Positions 1-8,064 of a stretch of DNA of 32,000 nt are shown here, in pieces (position 1 is the first letter of the stretch; every line of letters starts with the position of its first letter). Location: assembly GCF_017876815.1 (NCBI RefSeq), contig NZ_JAGIOS010000001.1:2280001-2312000 (forward strand), written 5' to 3'. This stretch comes from Sinorhizobium meliloti (GTDB taxonomy: Bacteria; Pseudomonadota; Alphaproteobacteria; Rhizobiales; Rhizobiaceae). Made by a program: the position numbers and the translations under genes. A model generated the notes under the pieces. The model made no database searches, had not been told where the DNA came from, and saw nothing but the letters and a program-made list of their open reading frames with translations.

Positions 1-1
1 C

Positions 2-133
2 GGCGACGTGTCGCGCTTCGATGTCTTCGCGAAGCTGCCCTGGTATCCATTCCCCGGCGGACGGATGTTCCGCGCGCAGTATTCCACTGTCGGATCGTGG
101 TGGTACATGCTCAAGGACGCCGTCGGCTGGTAG
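2..133 (+). CDS. 3' end of an unidentified CDS entering from the left edge (...FAKLPWYPFPGGRMFRAQYSTVGSWWYMLKDAVGW*)
   Basis: Frame is open from the window edge to TAG 131-133. Third codon positions are G/C-rich like neighbouring genes. 43 aa are too few for me to assign a family. Confidence 0.4.
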   Translation, partial: GDVSRFDVFAKLPWYPFPGGRMFRAQYSTVGSWWYMLKDAVGW

Positions 134-318
134 CCGGGGCGATCGCTCCTGGGCATCAGATTCGCTGAGAAAACCGTGTATTCCGTACTGCCTGGCAGGC
201 CGGTTAAACGAATTTTTCATTTCTCGTTTGATCCGTGGGAAAAAATTATCTAGGAATTCGATCAAGAATATAGGAGAACAACGGCAACAGGCCAACGCCC
301 CAACAGCGGAGAGACATA

Positions 319-468
319 ATGAACGCGACCAAGGCGATGACCCAATCCCGCTATACCGTCTACCGGGCTAGACCCACCCGTCGTCCGACAACCAGGCACT
401 TTACCCATGCCATCGCGGTGGCTGCAGCCTTCACTTTCATCTGCGCGCTCCTCATCGGCGCGTTCTGA
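319..468 (+). CDS. Possible 49-aa tail-anchored small membrane protein (MNATKAMTQSRYTVYRARPTRRPTTRHFTHAIAVAAAFTFICALLIGAF)
   Basis: ATG 319 lies 5 nt after GGAGAG. The N-terminal half is basic and there is a single C-terminal hydrophobic helix. Third positions are mostly G/C, as in real genes here. An AT-rich stretch (about 205-300) precedes it and an 11-bp-stem hairpin follows. It is below the ORF-track size cut-off. Confidence 0.35.
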   Translation: MNATKAMTQSRYTVYRARPTRRPTTRHFTHAIAVAAAFTFICALLIGAF

Positions 469-474
469 TTTCGC

Positions 475-508
475 AACGGCTGCAGGTGCTCATGCGTCTG
501 CAGCCGTT
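475..508 (+). terminator. Hairpin AACGGCTGCAG-N12-CTGCAGCCGTT after the micro-ORF (no U-tract)
   Basis: Perfect 11-bp inverted repeat read directly from the sequence. The missing T-run makes intrinsic-terminator function uncertain. Confidence 0.3.
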
Positions 509-619
509 CATCGGCCGGTGCCGTTTCTTCGACACGCTCCCTTCCGCTTTTCCGCCCTTGTCCGCGTGCAGCCGCCGTCGTAGCCTTGCCGGCGGAAATC
601 AGACGGGATGGAGGAGCGA

Positions 620-2053
620 ATGCTCGACAAGCGGAAATTCTACATCGACGGCAAATGGGTTGAGCCGGCCACGCAGAACGATCTTCTGGTGCTCAATCCG
701 GCGACCGAGAAGCCGATAGCGGTCATCTCGCTCGGCACCGCCGTCGACGTCGACCGGGCGGTTGCAGCCGCCAAGAAGGCCTTCGCGAGCTATAGCCGGA
801 CGAGCGTCGAGGAACGGCTGGCACTGCTCGAAAAGCTGCTCGCGATCTACAAGCGCCGTTACGATGAAATGGCCGACACCATCACGGCCGAACTCGGTGC
901 GCCCAGAACGATGAGCCACGAGCAGCAGGCGGATGTGGGCGTCGGTCATCTGCAGGGCTTCATCGATGCCCTGAAGCGCCTGAAACTCAGGGAAAAGCTG
1001 CCGAATGGCGACACGCTCCTGCGTGAGCCGATCGGCGTCTGCGGTCTCATCACGCCGTGGAACTGGCCGGTCAACCAGATCGCGCTCAAGGTCGTCCCGG
1101 CGCTTGCGACCGGCTGCACCTGCGTCCTGAAACCCAGCGAGTTCACGCCGCTGAACGCCATGCTCTACGCCGAGATGATCGAGGAGGCGGGCTTCCCGGC
1201 CGGCGTCTTCAACCTCGTCAACGGTGACGGCATCCATGCCGGGGCGGCGTTGTCGAAGCACAAGGACATCGACATGATGTCCTTCACCGGTTCGACCCGG
1301 GCCGGTATAGCCGTCAGCAAGGACGCCGCCGATACGGTCAAGCGCGTCACGCTCGAACTCGGCGGCAAGTCGCCGAACATCGTCTTCGCCGATGCCGATA
1401 TCGAGGAGCGGGTGACCGCCAGCATTCTCGAATGCTTCAACAATTCCGGCCAGTCCTGCGATGCCCCGACACGTATGCTCGTCGAGCGCAGCGCCTATGA
1501 CGAGGTCGTGGAAATCGCCAGGCGCGTCGGCATGGAGGCGAGGGTCGGCGATCCGACGAAGGTTGGCTCCCATATCGGCCCGCTCGTCAGCCATATTCAG
1601 TTCGAGCGGGTGCAGGCACTGATCGAAGCCGGCGTTGCCGAAGGCGCGACCCTGCTGGCCGGCGGCCCCGGCAAGCCGGAAGGCTTCGAGACCGGATATT
1701 TCGTCCAGCCGACGATCTTCGCCGATGTCGACAATTCCATGCGGATCGCGCGCGAGGAAGTGTTCGGACCGGTGCTTTCGATCATTCCCTTCGATACGGA
1801 AGAGGAGGCGATCGCGATCGCCAACGACACGAATTACGGCCTCGCGGCCTATGTGCAGACCCGCGACCGCGAAAGGGCGGAGCGGGTGGCGTCGCGCCTC
1901 CGGGCCGGCATGGTGCACATCAACGGCGGTCCCCACCGCTACGGAAGCCCCTTCGGCGGCTACAAGCAGTCCGGCAACGGCCGGGAAGGCGGGATGTTCG
2001 GGCTCGAGGACTTCCTGGAGGTCAAAACGGTTCACCTGCCGGATGCGGCCTGA
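620..2053 (+). CDS. NAD(P)+-dependent aldehyde dehydrogenase
   Basis: ALDH hallmarks are present: ITPWNWP, FTGSTRAG, ELGGKSP (catalytic Glu), NSGQSCDAP (catalytic Cys), PFGGYKQSGNGRE. ATG 620 follows GGAGGAG (610-616). In-frame ATG 608 is the alternative start. Confidence 0.93.
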   Translation: MLDKRKFYIDGKWVEPATQNDLLVLNPATEKPIAVISLGTAVDVDRAVAAAKKAFASYSRTSVEERLALLEKLLAIYKRRYDEMADTITAELGAPRTMSHEQQADVGVGHLQGFIDALKRLKLREKLPNGDTLLREPIGVCGLITPWNWPVNQIALKVVPALATGCTCVLKPSEFTPLNAMLYAEMIEEAGFPAGVFNLVNGDGIHAGAALSKHKDIDMMSFTGSTRAGIAVSKDAADTVKRVTLELGGKSPNIVFADADIEERVTASILECFNNSGQSCDAPTRMLVERSAYDEVVEIARRVGMEARVGDPTKVGSHIGPLVSHIQFERVQALIEAGVAEGATLLAGGPGKPEGFETGYFVQPTIFADVDNSMRIAREEVFGPVLSIIPFDTEEEAIAIANDTNYGLAAYVQTRDRERAERVASRLRAGMVHINGGPHRYGSPFGGYKQSGNGREGGMFGLEDFLEVKTVHLPDAA

Positions 2054-2070
2054 CCGATAGTCTCTCCCAC

Positions 2071-2100
2071 GGCCGCACGTTTTCGCGTGTGGTCGTTTTT
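2071..2100 (+). terminator. Rho-independent terminator of the aldehyde dehydrogenase gene
   Basis: GGCCGCACG / CGTGTGGTC form a 9-bp stem (two G-U pairs) with a 6-nt loop, followed by GTTTTT. Confidence 0.6.
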
Positions 2101-2201
2101 CGCCTATCGGGCGAATTCGGCTGTCGCTCGCGGCGCGGTTCTGATAGCTGGCTTGCCGCGCGCCGGTTCTGCGGCGCGCTTCCCAGCCATCGGACATCGC
2201 C

Positions 2202-3092
2202 GTGACCCAAGCCGCCAGTTCCGCCGCTCCCCGTAACAGACTTGCCATGGCCGCGCTCATCATCGGCGGTGCCGCCATCGGCGGATCGCCGATCTTCGTG
2301 CGTCTCTCGGAAGTGGGGCCGATGGCCACTGCCTTCTGGCGTGTCGCGCTGGCGCTGATCCCGCTGGTGGCCTGGTCCCGGCTGCGCGGCGGTGCAGCCG
2401 CGGAGAAGCCCCCGCAGTGCTTGTCCGATTACGCTCAGCTTATCCTGCCGGGCGTGTTTCTCGCCATCGATCTCGCAGCCTGGCACCTTGCGCTCACCAT
2501 GACCTCGGTTGCCAATGCGACGCTGCTTGCCAATCTGGCGCCGGTCTTCGTGACGCTGGCGGGATGGGCTCTGTTCCGCTCGGCGGTCAGCGGCATCTTC
2601 CTGGCCGGCCTCGCCACGGCGATCGCCGGCGTGGTGGTCCTGAAAGGCGGTCCGGCGGCACTCGGCGGCGGCGATCTCGCCGGCGATGGGATCGCCATCG
2701 TCGCGGCCGCGTTCTATGCCGGCTACATTCTCGCCATCGGGCGTCTGCGAAGCCGCTTCAGCACCAACCGGATCATGATCTGGAGTACCGCATCGGCAGC
2801 CGTTTGCATGCTGCCGATGGCCCTGTTGACCGAGCCGTCGCTTTTCCCGCCGAGCGCCTTCGGCTGGGCCATGCTCTTCGGACTTGCCTTCGTCAGCCAC
2901 GCCGGCGGGCAGGTGGCGATTACCTATGCGCTCGCTTTTCTGCCGCCGGCCTTTTCTTCGCTGACGCTGCTCCTGCAGCCGGTCGTGGCTGCGCTGCTCG
3001 CCTGGGTTCTGCTGAGCGAGCCGGTGGGCCTCATGCAGGCGATCGGCGGCGCGATCGTGCTGATCGGCATCCTGATCGCCCGCCGCGGCTGA
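2202..3092 (+). CDS. DMT-superfamily (EamA-like) transporter
   Basis: 296 aa, almost entirely hydrophobic, with about 10 helices in two similar halves, typical of EamA/RhaT-type permeases. GTG start at 2202. ATG 2247 is an alternative. Confidence 0.85.
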   Translation: MTQAASSAAPRNRLAMAALIIGGAAIGGSPIFVRLSEVGPMATAFWRVALALIPLVAWSRLRGGAAAEKPPQCLSDYAQLILPGVFLAIDLAAWHLALTMTSVANATLLANLAPVFVTLAGWALFRSAVSGIFLAGLATAIAGVVVLKGGPAALGGGDLAGDGIAIVAAAFYAGYILAIGRLRSRFSTNRIMIWSTASAAVCMLPMALLTEPSLFPPSAFGWAMLFGLAFVSHAGGQVAITYALAFLPPAFSSLTLLLQPVVAALLAWVLLSEPVGLMQAIGGAIVLIGILIARRG

Positions 3093-3097
3093 ACCAC

Positions 3098-4276
3098 TCA
3101 GATACCCGGCAGCTCGAATCCCGCGAGGCGCTCTTCGAGCTTGAGGATCGTCGCCACGTCCGCATTGGCGAAGGCGAAGCGCAGATAGTTTTCCTGACCC
3201 TCGCCGAAATAGTCGCCGGGCAAGCAGAGGACGCCGGCGAGCTTCGCCAGCTTCTCGGCGACGAATTGCGACTCGATGTCGGGGAAGGGGTGGCGGATAT
3301 AGGCAAAATAGGCGCCGACGGCCTGCAGCTTCCATTGCGGCAGCCGGGTCATGATCGTCCTCAGCGCCTCGGCGCGGGCGGCGATTTCGGCGCGGTTGGC
3401 AAGCCGCCAGTCGGCAAGCGCCGGTATCGCCCTCGCGACCGCCGCCTGCGGGGAACGCGGGGCGCAGATCTGGAGATTGTCCATGATCTTGGCGATCTGC
3501 TCGACCACCTGCGGTCCGGCGGTGATCGCGCCGAGACGATGGCCCGGAATGCAGAAGGACTTCGAGAAGCTGTAGAGGCCGATGAAACCGTCCTCCCAGC
3601 CCGGCGTTCGAAGCAGGCCATGCGGCGCGGCGGCCGCATCCGGCAGGAAGTCGCGATAGGTTTCGTCCAGAATGAGCCAGGTTCCGTTCGCGCGGCAGAG
3701 CTCGTAGATGCGCTGCAGCAGTCCGGGCGGGTAGACCGCTCCGGTCGGATTGTTGGGCGAAACGAGCGCGAGTGCCCGGATGCCCGGCCGCAAGGCAGAG
3801 GCGATGGTCTCGACCTCGGGCAGGAAGCCGGCGCCCGCATCGAGCGGCGCAAGCTCGACATCGATCCCCAGCATCGCCAGCGTGGTCTCCTGGTTGAAGT
3901 AATAGGGATTGGTCATCAGCACCGTGTCGCCGGCCCCGGCGACGGCCATCGCGGCACAGATGAAGGCCTGGTTGCAGCCCGAGGTGATGTGGATGTTGCC
4001 GGCGGCGATCGCCCCGCCATAGAGCGCCGCCACATGCTCGGCATAGGCTTGGCGCAGTTCCGCTTCACCCTCGATCGCCCCGTAGCCCGTATAGGCCGTC
4101 GACGCCGCGGCTTCGCCCAGCCATTTCAGCATGTCGGGATGAGCGGGATAGCCGGGCACGGCCTGGGAGAGGTCGATCAGCGGGCCTTTTGCCCCGTCAT
4201 AGGCCTTCGCCCATGCGAGCACCGAGGGTATCGGCGGCGGCGAGAGCTTTTCGACCAGGGGATTGAAATGCGGCAT
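3098..4276 (-). CDS. PLP-dependent class-I/II aminotransferase
   Basis: Motifs SPNNPTG, LILDETY and YSFSKSF (PLP-lysine). AGGAAA lies 6 nt upstream of the ATG. Confidence 0.9.
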   Translation of the reverse strand: MPHFNPLVEKLSPPPIPSVLAWAKAYDGAKGPLIDLSQAVPGYPAHPDMLKWLGEAAASTAYTGYGAIEGEAELRQAYAEHVAALYGGAIAAGNIHITSGCNQAFICAAMAVAGAGDTVLMTNPYYFNQETTLAMLGIDVELAPLDAGAGFLPEVETIASALRPGIRALALVSPNNPTGAVYPPGLLQRIYELCRANGTWLILDETYRDFLPDAAAAPHGLLRTPGWEDGFIGLYSFSKSFCIPGHRLGAITAGPQVVEQIAKIMDNLQICAPRSPQAAVARAIPALADWRLANRAEIAARAEALRTIMTRLPQWKLQAVGAYFAYIRHPFPDIESQFVAEKLAKLAGVLCLPGDYFGEGQENYLRFAFANADVATILKLEERLAGFELPGI

Positions 4277-4321
4277 GGCGGATTTCCTGTTGTTGAAGCG
4301 GACGGGGTTCTCAGCCCCGCA

Positions 4322-5389
4322 TTATGATTTGATTTTGCGCTTCTGCGGACGTTCCGGACGCCGGTTGCGCGGCGCGGAACGGGGCTGAAGGCTCTTCGGC
4401 GTGGTGTTGCGGCCGGCATCTTCGGGCTTCGACATGCGGCTGCGGATGATCGTGCGGGCGGACATCTGCAGCTCCGGCATCGGGTCGCTTTCGAGTGCGG
4501 CAAACAGCCAGTCGATGAAAACGCGGACGATCGGCGCGGCGCGAACCTCGTTGCGGCAGGCGACGAAAAAGGCGTCGTTGGCCGGAACCGTCAGGTCGAA
4601 GGGGGCGATCAGCTCGCCGCGGGCGATCAGGCTGCCGGCGGTGATCGTATCGCCGAGCGCAACGCCCTGGTTGTGGAGGGCCGCCTCGGTGGAAAGCCGC
4701 GCATCGCTCATGAAATGCTGGCGGCCGCGCTGAAAATCGATGGCGTCGGCTGCGGCGAGCCAGGTGTTCCACTCGCGGCCGTCGTCGCCATGCAGCATCA
4801 CGTGGTCGCGGATATCCCGGATGGAGCGTAGCGGCCGCATGTTGAGGAGCGTCGGGCTGACGACCGGGAAAAGCTCGAGCCGGCTCCAGAGCCTCGACCA
4901 GCAGTCCTGCCAGTTGCCGTCGCCATAGAGCAGGCAGACGTCGACATCCGGGGAGTCGAGGTTCGCCTCGTCATTGGAGGCGATCAGCCGCAACTGGACA
5001 TCGGGGAACTGCTCGGTAAAGAGGTGCAGGCGCGGAATCATCCAGAAGGAGAGCAATGCCGGGACGCAGGTGACGGTGAGCTCCCCGCTCGTCGCGGGCC
5101 GCGTCATCGCCGCGGTTGCCGCGGCGATCTCGGCGAAGGCATGCGTCACGGCAGGCAGGAGCAGCGCGCCCTGCGGCGTCAGCCTCAGCCGCTTGCCGCC
5201 CCGCTCGAAAAGGGGCGCGTTGAAGGAGAGTTCGAGCGCGCGGATCTGATGGCTTACTGCGCCATGGGTGACGTTGAGCTCACGCGCCGCAGCGGAAACG
5301 GAGCCGCGCCGGGCGGTTGCCTCGAAGGCGCGCAGCGGATTCAGCGGAGGCAGGCGGCTCGACAAGAAGAGGCTCCGGAGAGGCGGCAT
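4322..5389 (-). CDS. LysR-family (GcvA-like) transcriptional regulator with a basic C-terminal tail
   Basis: wHTH LNPLRAFEATARRGSVSAAARELNVTHGAVSHQIRALE plus a LysR substrate-binding domain. The true start may be TTG at 5365 (GGAG 7 nt upstream, giving MSSRLPPLNPLRAFEA) rather than ATG 5389, which has no RBS and abuts a dyad. Confidence 0.9.
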   Translation of the reverse strand: MPPLRSLFLSSRLPPLNPLRAFEATARRGSVSAAARELNVTHGAVSHQIRALELSFNAPLFERGGKRLRLTPQGALLLPAVTHAFAEIAAATAAMTRPATSGELTVTCVPALLSFWMIPRLHLFTEQFPDVQLRLIASNDEANLDSPDVDVCLLYGDGNWQDCWSRLWSRLELFPVVSPTLLNMRPLRSIRDIRDHVMLHGDDGREWNTWLAAADAIDFQRGRQHFMSDARLSTEAALHNQGVALGDTITAGSLIARGELIAPFDLTVPANDAFFVACRNEVRAAPIVRVFIDWLFAALESDPMPELQMSARTIIRSRMSKPEDAGRNTTPKSLQPRSAPRNRRPERPQKRKIKS

Positions 5390-5391
5390 TT

Positions 5392-5410
5392 ATGTGAATT
5401 TTTCTCACAT
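5392..5410. promoter_or_regulatory. Candidate LysR box ATGTGA-N7-TCACAT (contains T-N11-A) in the lysR / ureohydrolase divergent region
   Basis: Perfect 6-bp dyad read from the sequence. It sits between a LysR gene and the divergent operon, which is the classical LTTR arrangement. Confidence 0.45.
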
Positions 5411-5581
5411 CAAACGCTATAACAATGTCAATTGCTTTTCCAGAAGAATTGTCTCCTAATATGCGCAACAAAGGCAAAAGCCGGGGAACCTGATTGCGCC
5501 GCTTCGGATCGGCACTACGCAAGTCGTGACTTGCGGTGCATCATGTGCCAGCCCCGGCCGAACGATACGGAGGTCCGGCGC

Positions 5582-6640
5582 ATGGCTTGGGATGAACAGA
5601 AGCTCAACGAATTGAAGGCGAAATATGGCGAGAGCCATGGCGGCGAGCTCTTCGATCCGACCTTCCGCAAGGTCGCGGACAAGATTTTCACGAAGAGCGG
5701 CACGCGGCTGGCGCCCTATTCCGGCATTCCGACATTCCTGACCGCACCCCACATGCCGGTCGATGCCGATGACCCGGATTTCGGCAATCTTCAGGTGGCG
5801 ATGATCGGCGTTCCCATGGATCTCGGCGTCACCAACCGCCCGGGTTCGCGCTTCGGACCACGGGCGCTGCGCGCGATCGAGCGGATCGGCCCCTATAATC
5901 ACGTGCTCGGCTGCGCCCCAGTGCATGATCTCCGGGTCGCCGACATCGGCGATGTTCCCTTCCGCAGCCGCTACCGGCTCGAAATCAGCCACGAGGACAT
6001 CGAGAAGCGGATCAGCCAGATCGTCGATGCTGGCGTCCTGCCGCTCTCCGTCGGCGGCGACCATTCGATCACGCATCCGATCCTCAAGGCCGTGGGCAGG
6101 AAGCAGCCCGTCGGCATGATCCATATCGACGCGCATTGCGATACCGGCGGCGCCTTCGACCTGACCAAGTTCCACCATGGCGGCCCATTCCGCAACGCCG
6201 TTCTCGACGGCGTGCTCGACCCGACACGCGTCATCCAGATCGGCATCCGCGGCTCGGCGGAGTATCTGTGGGAGTTCTCCTACGAGTCCGGCATGACGGT
6301 CATTCATGCGGAGGAGGTCACCGGACTGGGTATTCCGGCGATCATCGAAAAGGCGAAGAAGATCGTCGGCGACGGTCCGACCTATCTCTCCTTCGATGTC
6401 GACAGCCTCGACCCGAGTTTCGCGCCGGGCACCGGTACGCCGGAAGTCGGAGGTCTGACGACGCGGGAGGTTCTGGAGTTGATCCGCGGGCTGAAGGGCG
6501 TCAATCTCGTCGGCGGCGACGTCGTCGAGGTGGCGCCGCAATACGACACGACCACCAATACAGCCCATGCCGGCGCCCAGGTGCTCTTCGAGATCCTGAG
6601 CCTGATGGTCTTCAGTCCGGCCGTTGCCGGCAAGGGCTGA
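5582..6640 (+). CDS. Agmatinase/guanidino-acid hydrolase (arginase-family ureohydrolase)
   Basis: Mn-binding motifs GGDHSIT, IHIDAHCDT, SFDVDSLDP and GGDVVEV. ATG 5582 follows GGAGG. The longer track ORF (TTG 5432) has no support. Confidence 0.9.
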   Translation: MAWDEQKLNELKAKYGESHGGELFDPTFRKVADKIFTKSGTRLAPYSGIPTFLTAPHMPVDADDPDFGNLQVAMIGVPMDLGVTNRPGSRFGPRALRAIERIGPYNHVLGCAPVHDLRVADIGDVPFRSRYRLEISHEDIEKRISQIVDAGVLPLSVGGDHSITHPILKAVGRKQPVGMIHIDAHCDTGGAFDLTKFHHGGPFRNAVLDGVLDPTRVIQIGIRGSAEYLWEFSYESGMTVIHAEEVTGLGIPAIIEKAKKIVGDGPTYLSFDVDSLDPSFAPGTGTPEVGGLTTREVLELIRGLKGVNLVGGDVVEVAPQYDTTTNTAHAGAQVLFEILSLMVFSPAVAGKG

Positions 6641-6810
6641 TGCGCGCATGAACGATCCGAAATCGATGCGCATGGCGGCCACGAGCGGATCACGATAATC
6701 TGATGCCAAATCACTCTCTTCGCTGAAGCGCAGCGGGGACAAAGGGCGCAGGGAATCAACTAGAACAAGGGAACGCGGCGCAAGCCGCCAAAAAACAAAG
6801 GAGACATGCG

Positions 6811-7890
6811 ATGATCATCAATTCCATCAAGCGCCGCACGCTGCTCGGTGCGGGGCTTGCCGGCGCGTCGATGCTGGCGATGCCGGCCGTGCTGAGGGCG
6901 CAGGACAAGTCGCTGAAGGTCGGCGTCTATGGCGGCTACTTCAAGGACTCCTTCGACAAGAACATCTTCCCCGAATTCACCAAGGCAACCGGCATCGCGA
7001 TCGAATCCGTCGCCGAGCCCACCGGCGAGGCATGGCTCGTCCAGCTCGAACAGGCTGCGCGCGCCGGCCAGGCGCCCGCCGACGTTTCCATGATGTCTCA
7101 GGTGGCGATGCTCAAAGGGCAGGCGACCGACCTCTGGACGCCGATCGACATGGCGAAGATCAAGAACGGCTCGAACCTGCTCGACCGCTTCGTCAACAAA
7201 TATCCGGACGGCCGCATCGCCGGCATCGGCGCCGTTTCCTGGTACATCACGCTGGTGACCAACACCGACGTCTACAAGGAGGCGCCGACCTCCTGGCAGG
7301 CCTTCTGGGATCCGGCGAATGCCGACAAGCTCGGCCTCCTGGCACTGGTCTCCAACTCCTTCCTGCTCGAAGTGACGGCCAAGACCTTCATGGGCGGCAC
7401 CAATGCGCTCGACACCGAAGAGGGGATCCTCAAGACCTTCGAGAAGCTCGCCGAAGTGAAGCCGAACGTCCGTCTCTGGTACCGCGACGAAGCCCAGTTC
7501 GAACAGGCGCTGAAGTCGGGCGAAATCCCGATGGGGCAATATTATCACGACGTGACCGGGCTCGCCGCGGCGGATGGTCATCCGGTGCGTTCCACCTTCC
7601 CGAAGGAGGGCGGCATCCAGGATTCCGGCTGCTGGGCGCTTTCGCGCGCTTCGCAGAAGGTCGAGGAAGCCCACATCTTCATCGATTACATGTGCCAGCC
7701 TGCGGTCCAGGCGACGCTCTCGCGCAAGGTCGGCACCTCGCCGACGGTCAAGCGCGAGTCCACCGATCTGACGGATAAGGAATTCGCCGCCGTCTCTTCG
7801 GACATCGAGCCGATCGTTCCGCGCTACGATCTCTACCAGACCAAGTCGGATTGGCTGAACCAGAAGTGGACGGAACTGATCGTCGGCTGA
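6811..7890 (+). CDS. ABC transporter periplasmic substrate-binding protein (PotD/PotF polyamine-type)
   Basis: Signal peptide MIINSIKRRTLLGAGLAGASMLAMPAVLRAQD. AAAGGAG RBS. Its operon context includes PotA/B/C-like genes. Confidence 0.9.
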   Translation: MIINSIKRRTLLGAGLAGASMLAMPAVLRAQDKSLKVGVYGGYFKDSFDKNIFPEFTKATGIAIESVAEPTGEAWLVQLEQAARAGQAPADVSMMSQVAMLKGQATDLWTPIDMAKIKNGSNLLDRFVNKYPDGRIAGIGAVSWYITLVTNTDVYKEAPTSWQAFWDPANADKLGLLALVSNSFLLEVTAKTFMGGTNALDTEEGILKTFEKLAEVKPNVRLWYRDEAQFEQALKSGEIPMGQYYHDVTGLAAADGHPVRSTFPKEGGIQDSGCWALSRASQKVEEAHIFIDYMCQPAVQATLSRKVGTSPTVKRESTDLTDKEFAAVSSDIEPIVPRYDLYQTKSDWLNQKWTELIVG

Positions 7891-7904
7891 GGCCGGCCAC
7901 GAGC

Positions 7905-7970
7905 CGCCGCCTCGGTATCCCCGGGGCGGCGCAGCCAATTGCACGGACCTTAAACCGGAAGCGGTTTAGG
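7905..7970. repeat. Two intercistronic hairpins (CGCCGCC...GGCGGCG and TAAACCG-GAAG-CGGTTTA), possibly a dispersed rhizobial intergenic element
   Basis: Inverted repeats read from the sequence in the 174-nt gap between the binding-protein and ATPase genes. The CTAAACCG...CGGTTTAG hairpin resembles intergenic repeats I recall from Rhizobiaceae, but I have not verified this. Confidence 0.35.
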
Positions 7971-8064
7971 GATAAGCTGATGTTGAATTTTTCAAAATGT
8001 CGCCGAGGCAGCGCGTCTGACGTGGCCGGTGACATCCGCGTATGACGCGCGAAACGGGGAACAT

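Noticed and set aside
599-4327. Very long ORFs antisense to or overlapping real genes (599-2329 minus, 576 aa; 2022-3335 minus, 437 aa; 2417-4327 plus, 636 aa)
   Set aside because: Their translations are Arg/Ala/Gly/Pro-rich low-complexity strings with no family motifs. They lie opposite ORFs with clear ALDH, DMT and aminotransferase signatures. These are typical shadow ORFs of a high-G+C genome.
5392-5410. Reading TGTGA-N7-TCACA as a CRP/Clr-type cAMP-receptor site
   Set aside because: The canonical CRP spacing is N6. The position between a LysR gene and its divergent target, together with the T-N11-A core, fits a LysR box better. I therefore kept it as a LysR-box candidate.
5411-5581. Search for a guanidine (ykkC-type) or other riboswitch in the ureohydrolase leader
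   Set aside because: I saw only a simple 7-bp hairpin (CGCAAGT-CGTG-ACTTGCG, 5528-5545). None of the conserved guanidine-I motifs I remember are present. A cmscan would settle it.
6760-6800. GCGGC-GCAA-GCCGC hairpin followed by an A-run just upstream of the binding-protein RBS (it would be a terminator on the minus strand)
   Set aside because: No minus-strand gene ends here. On the plus strand it lacks a U-tract. It is most likely incidental or a minor leader structure.
5456-7944. ORFs 5456-6742 (minus, 428 aa) and 6760-7944 (minus, 394 aa)
   Set aside because: They are antisense to the ureohydrolase and binding-protein genes. They have no motifs or RBS and show shadow-ORF composition.
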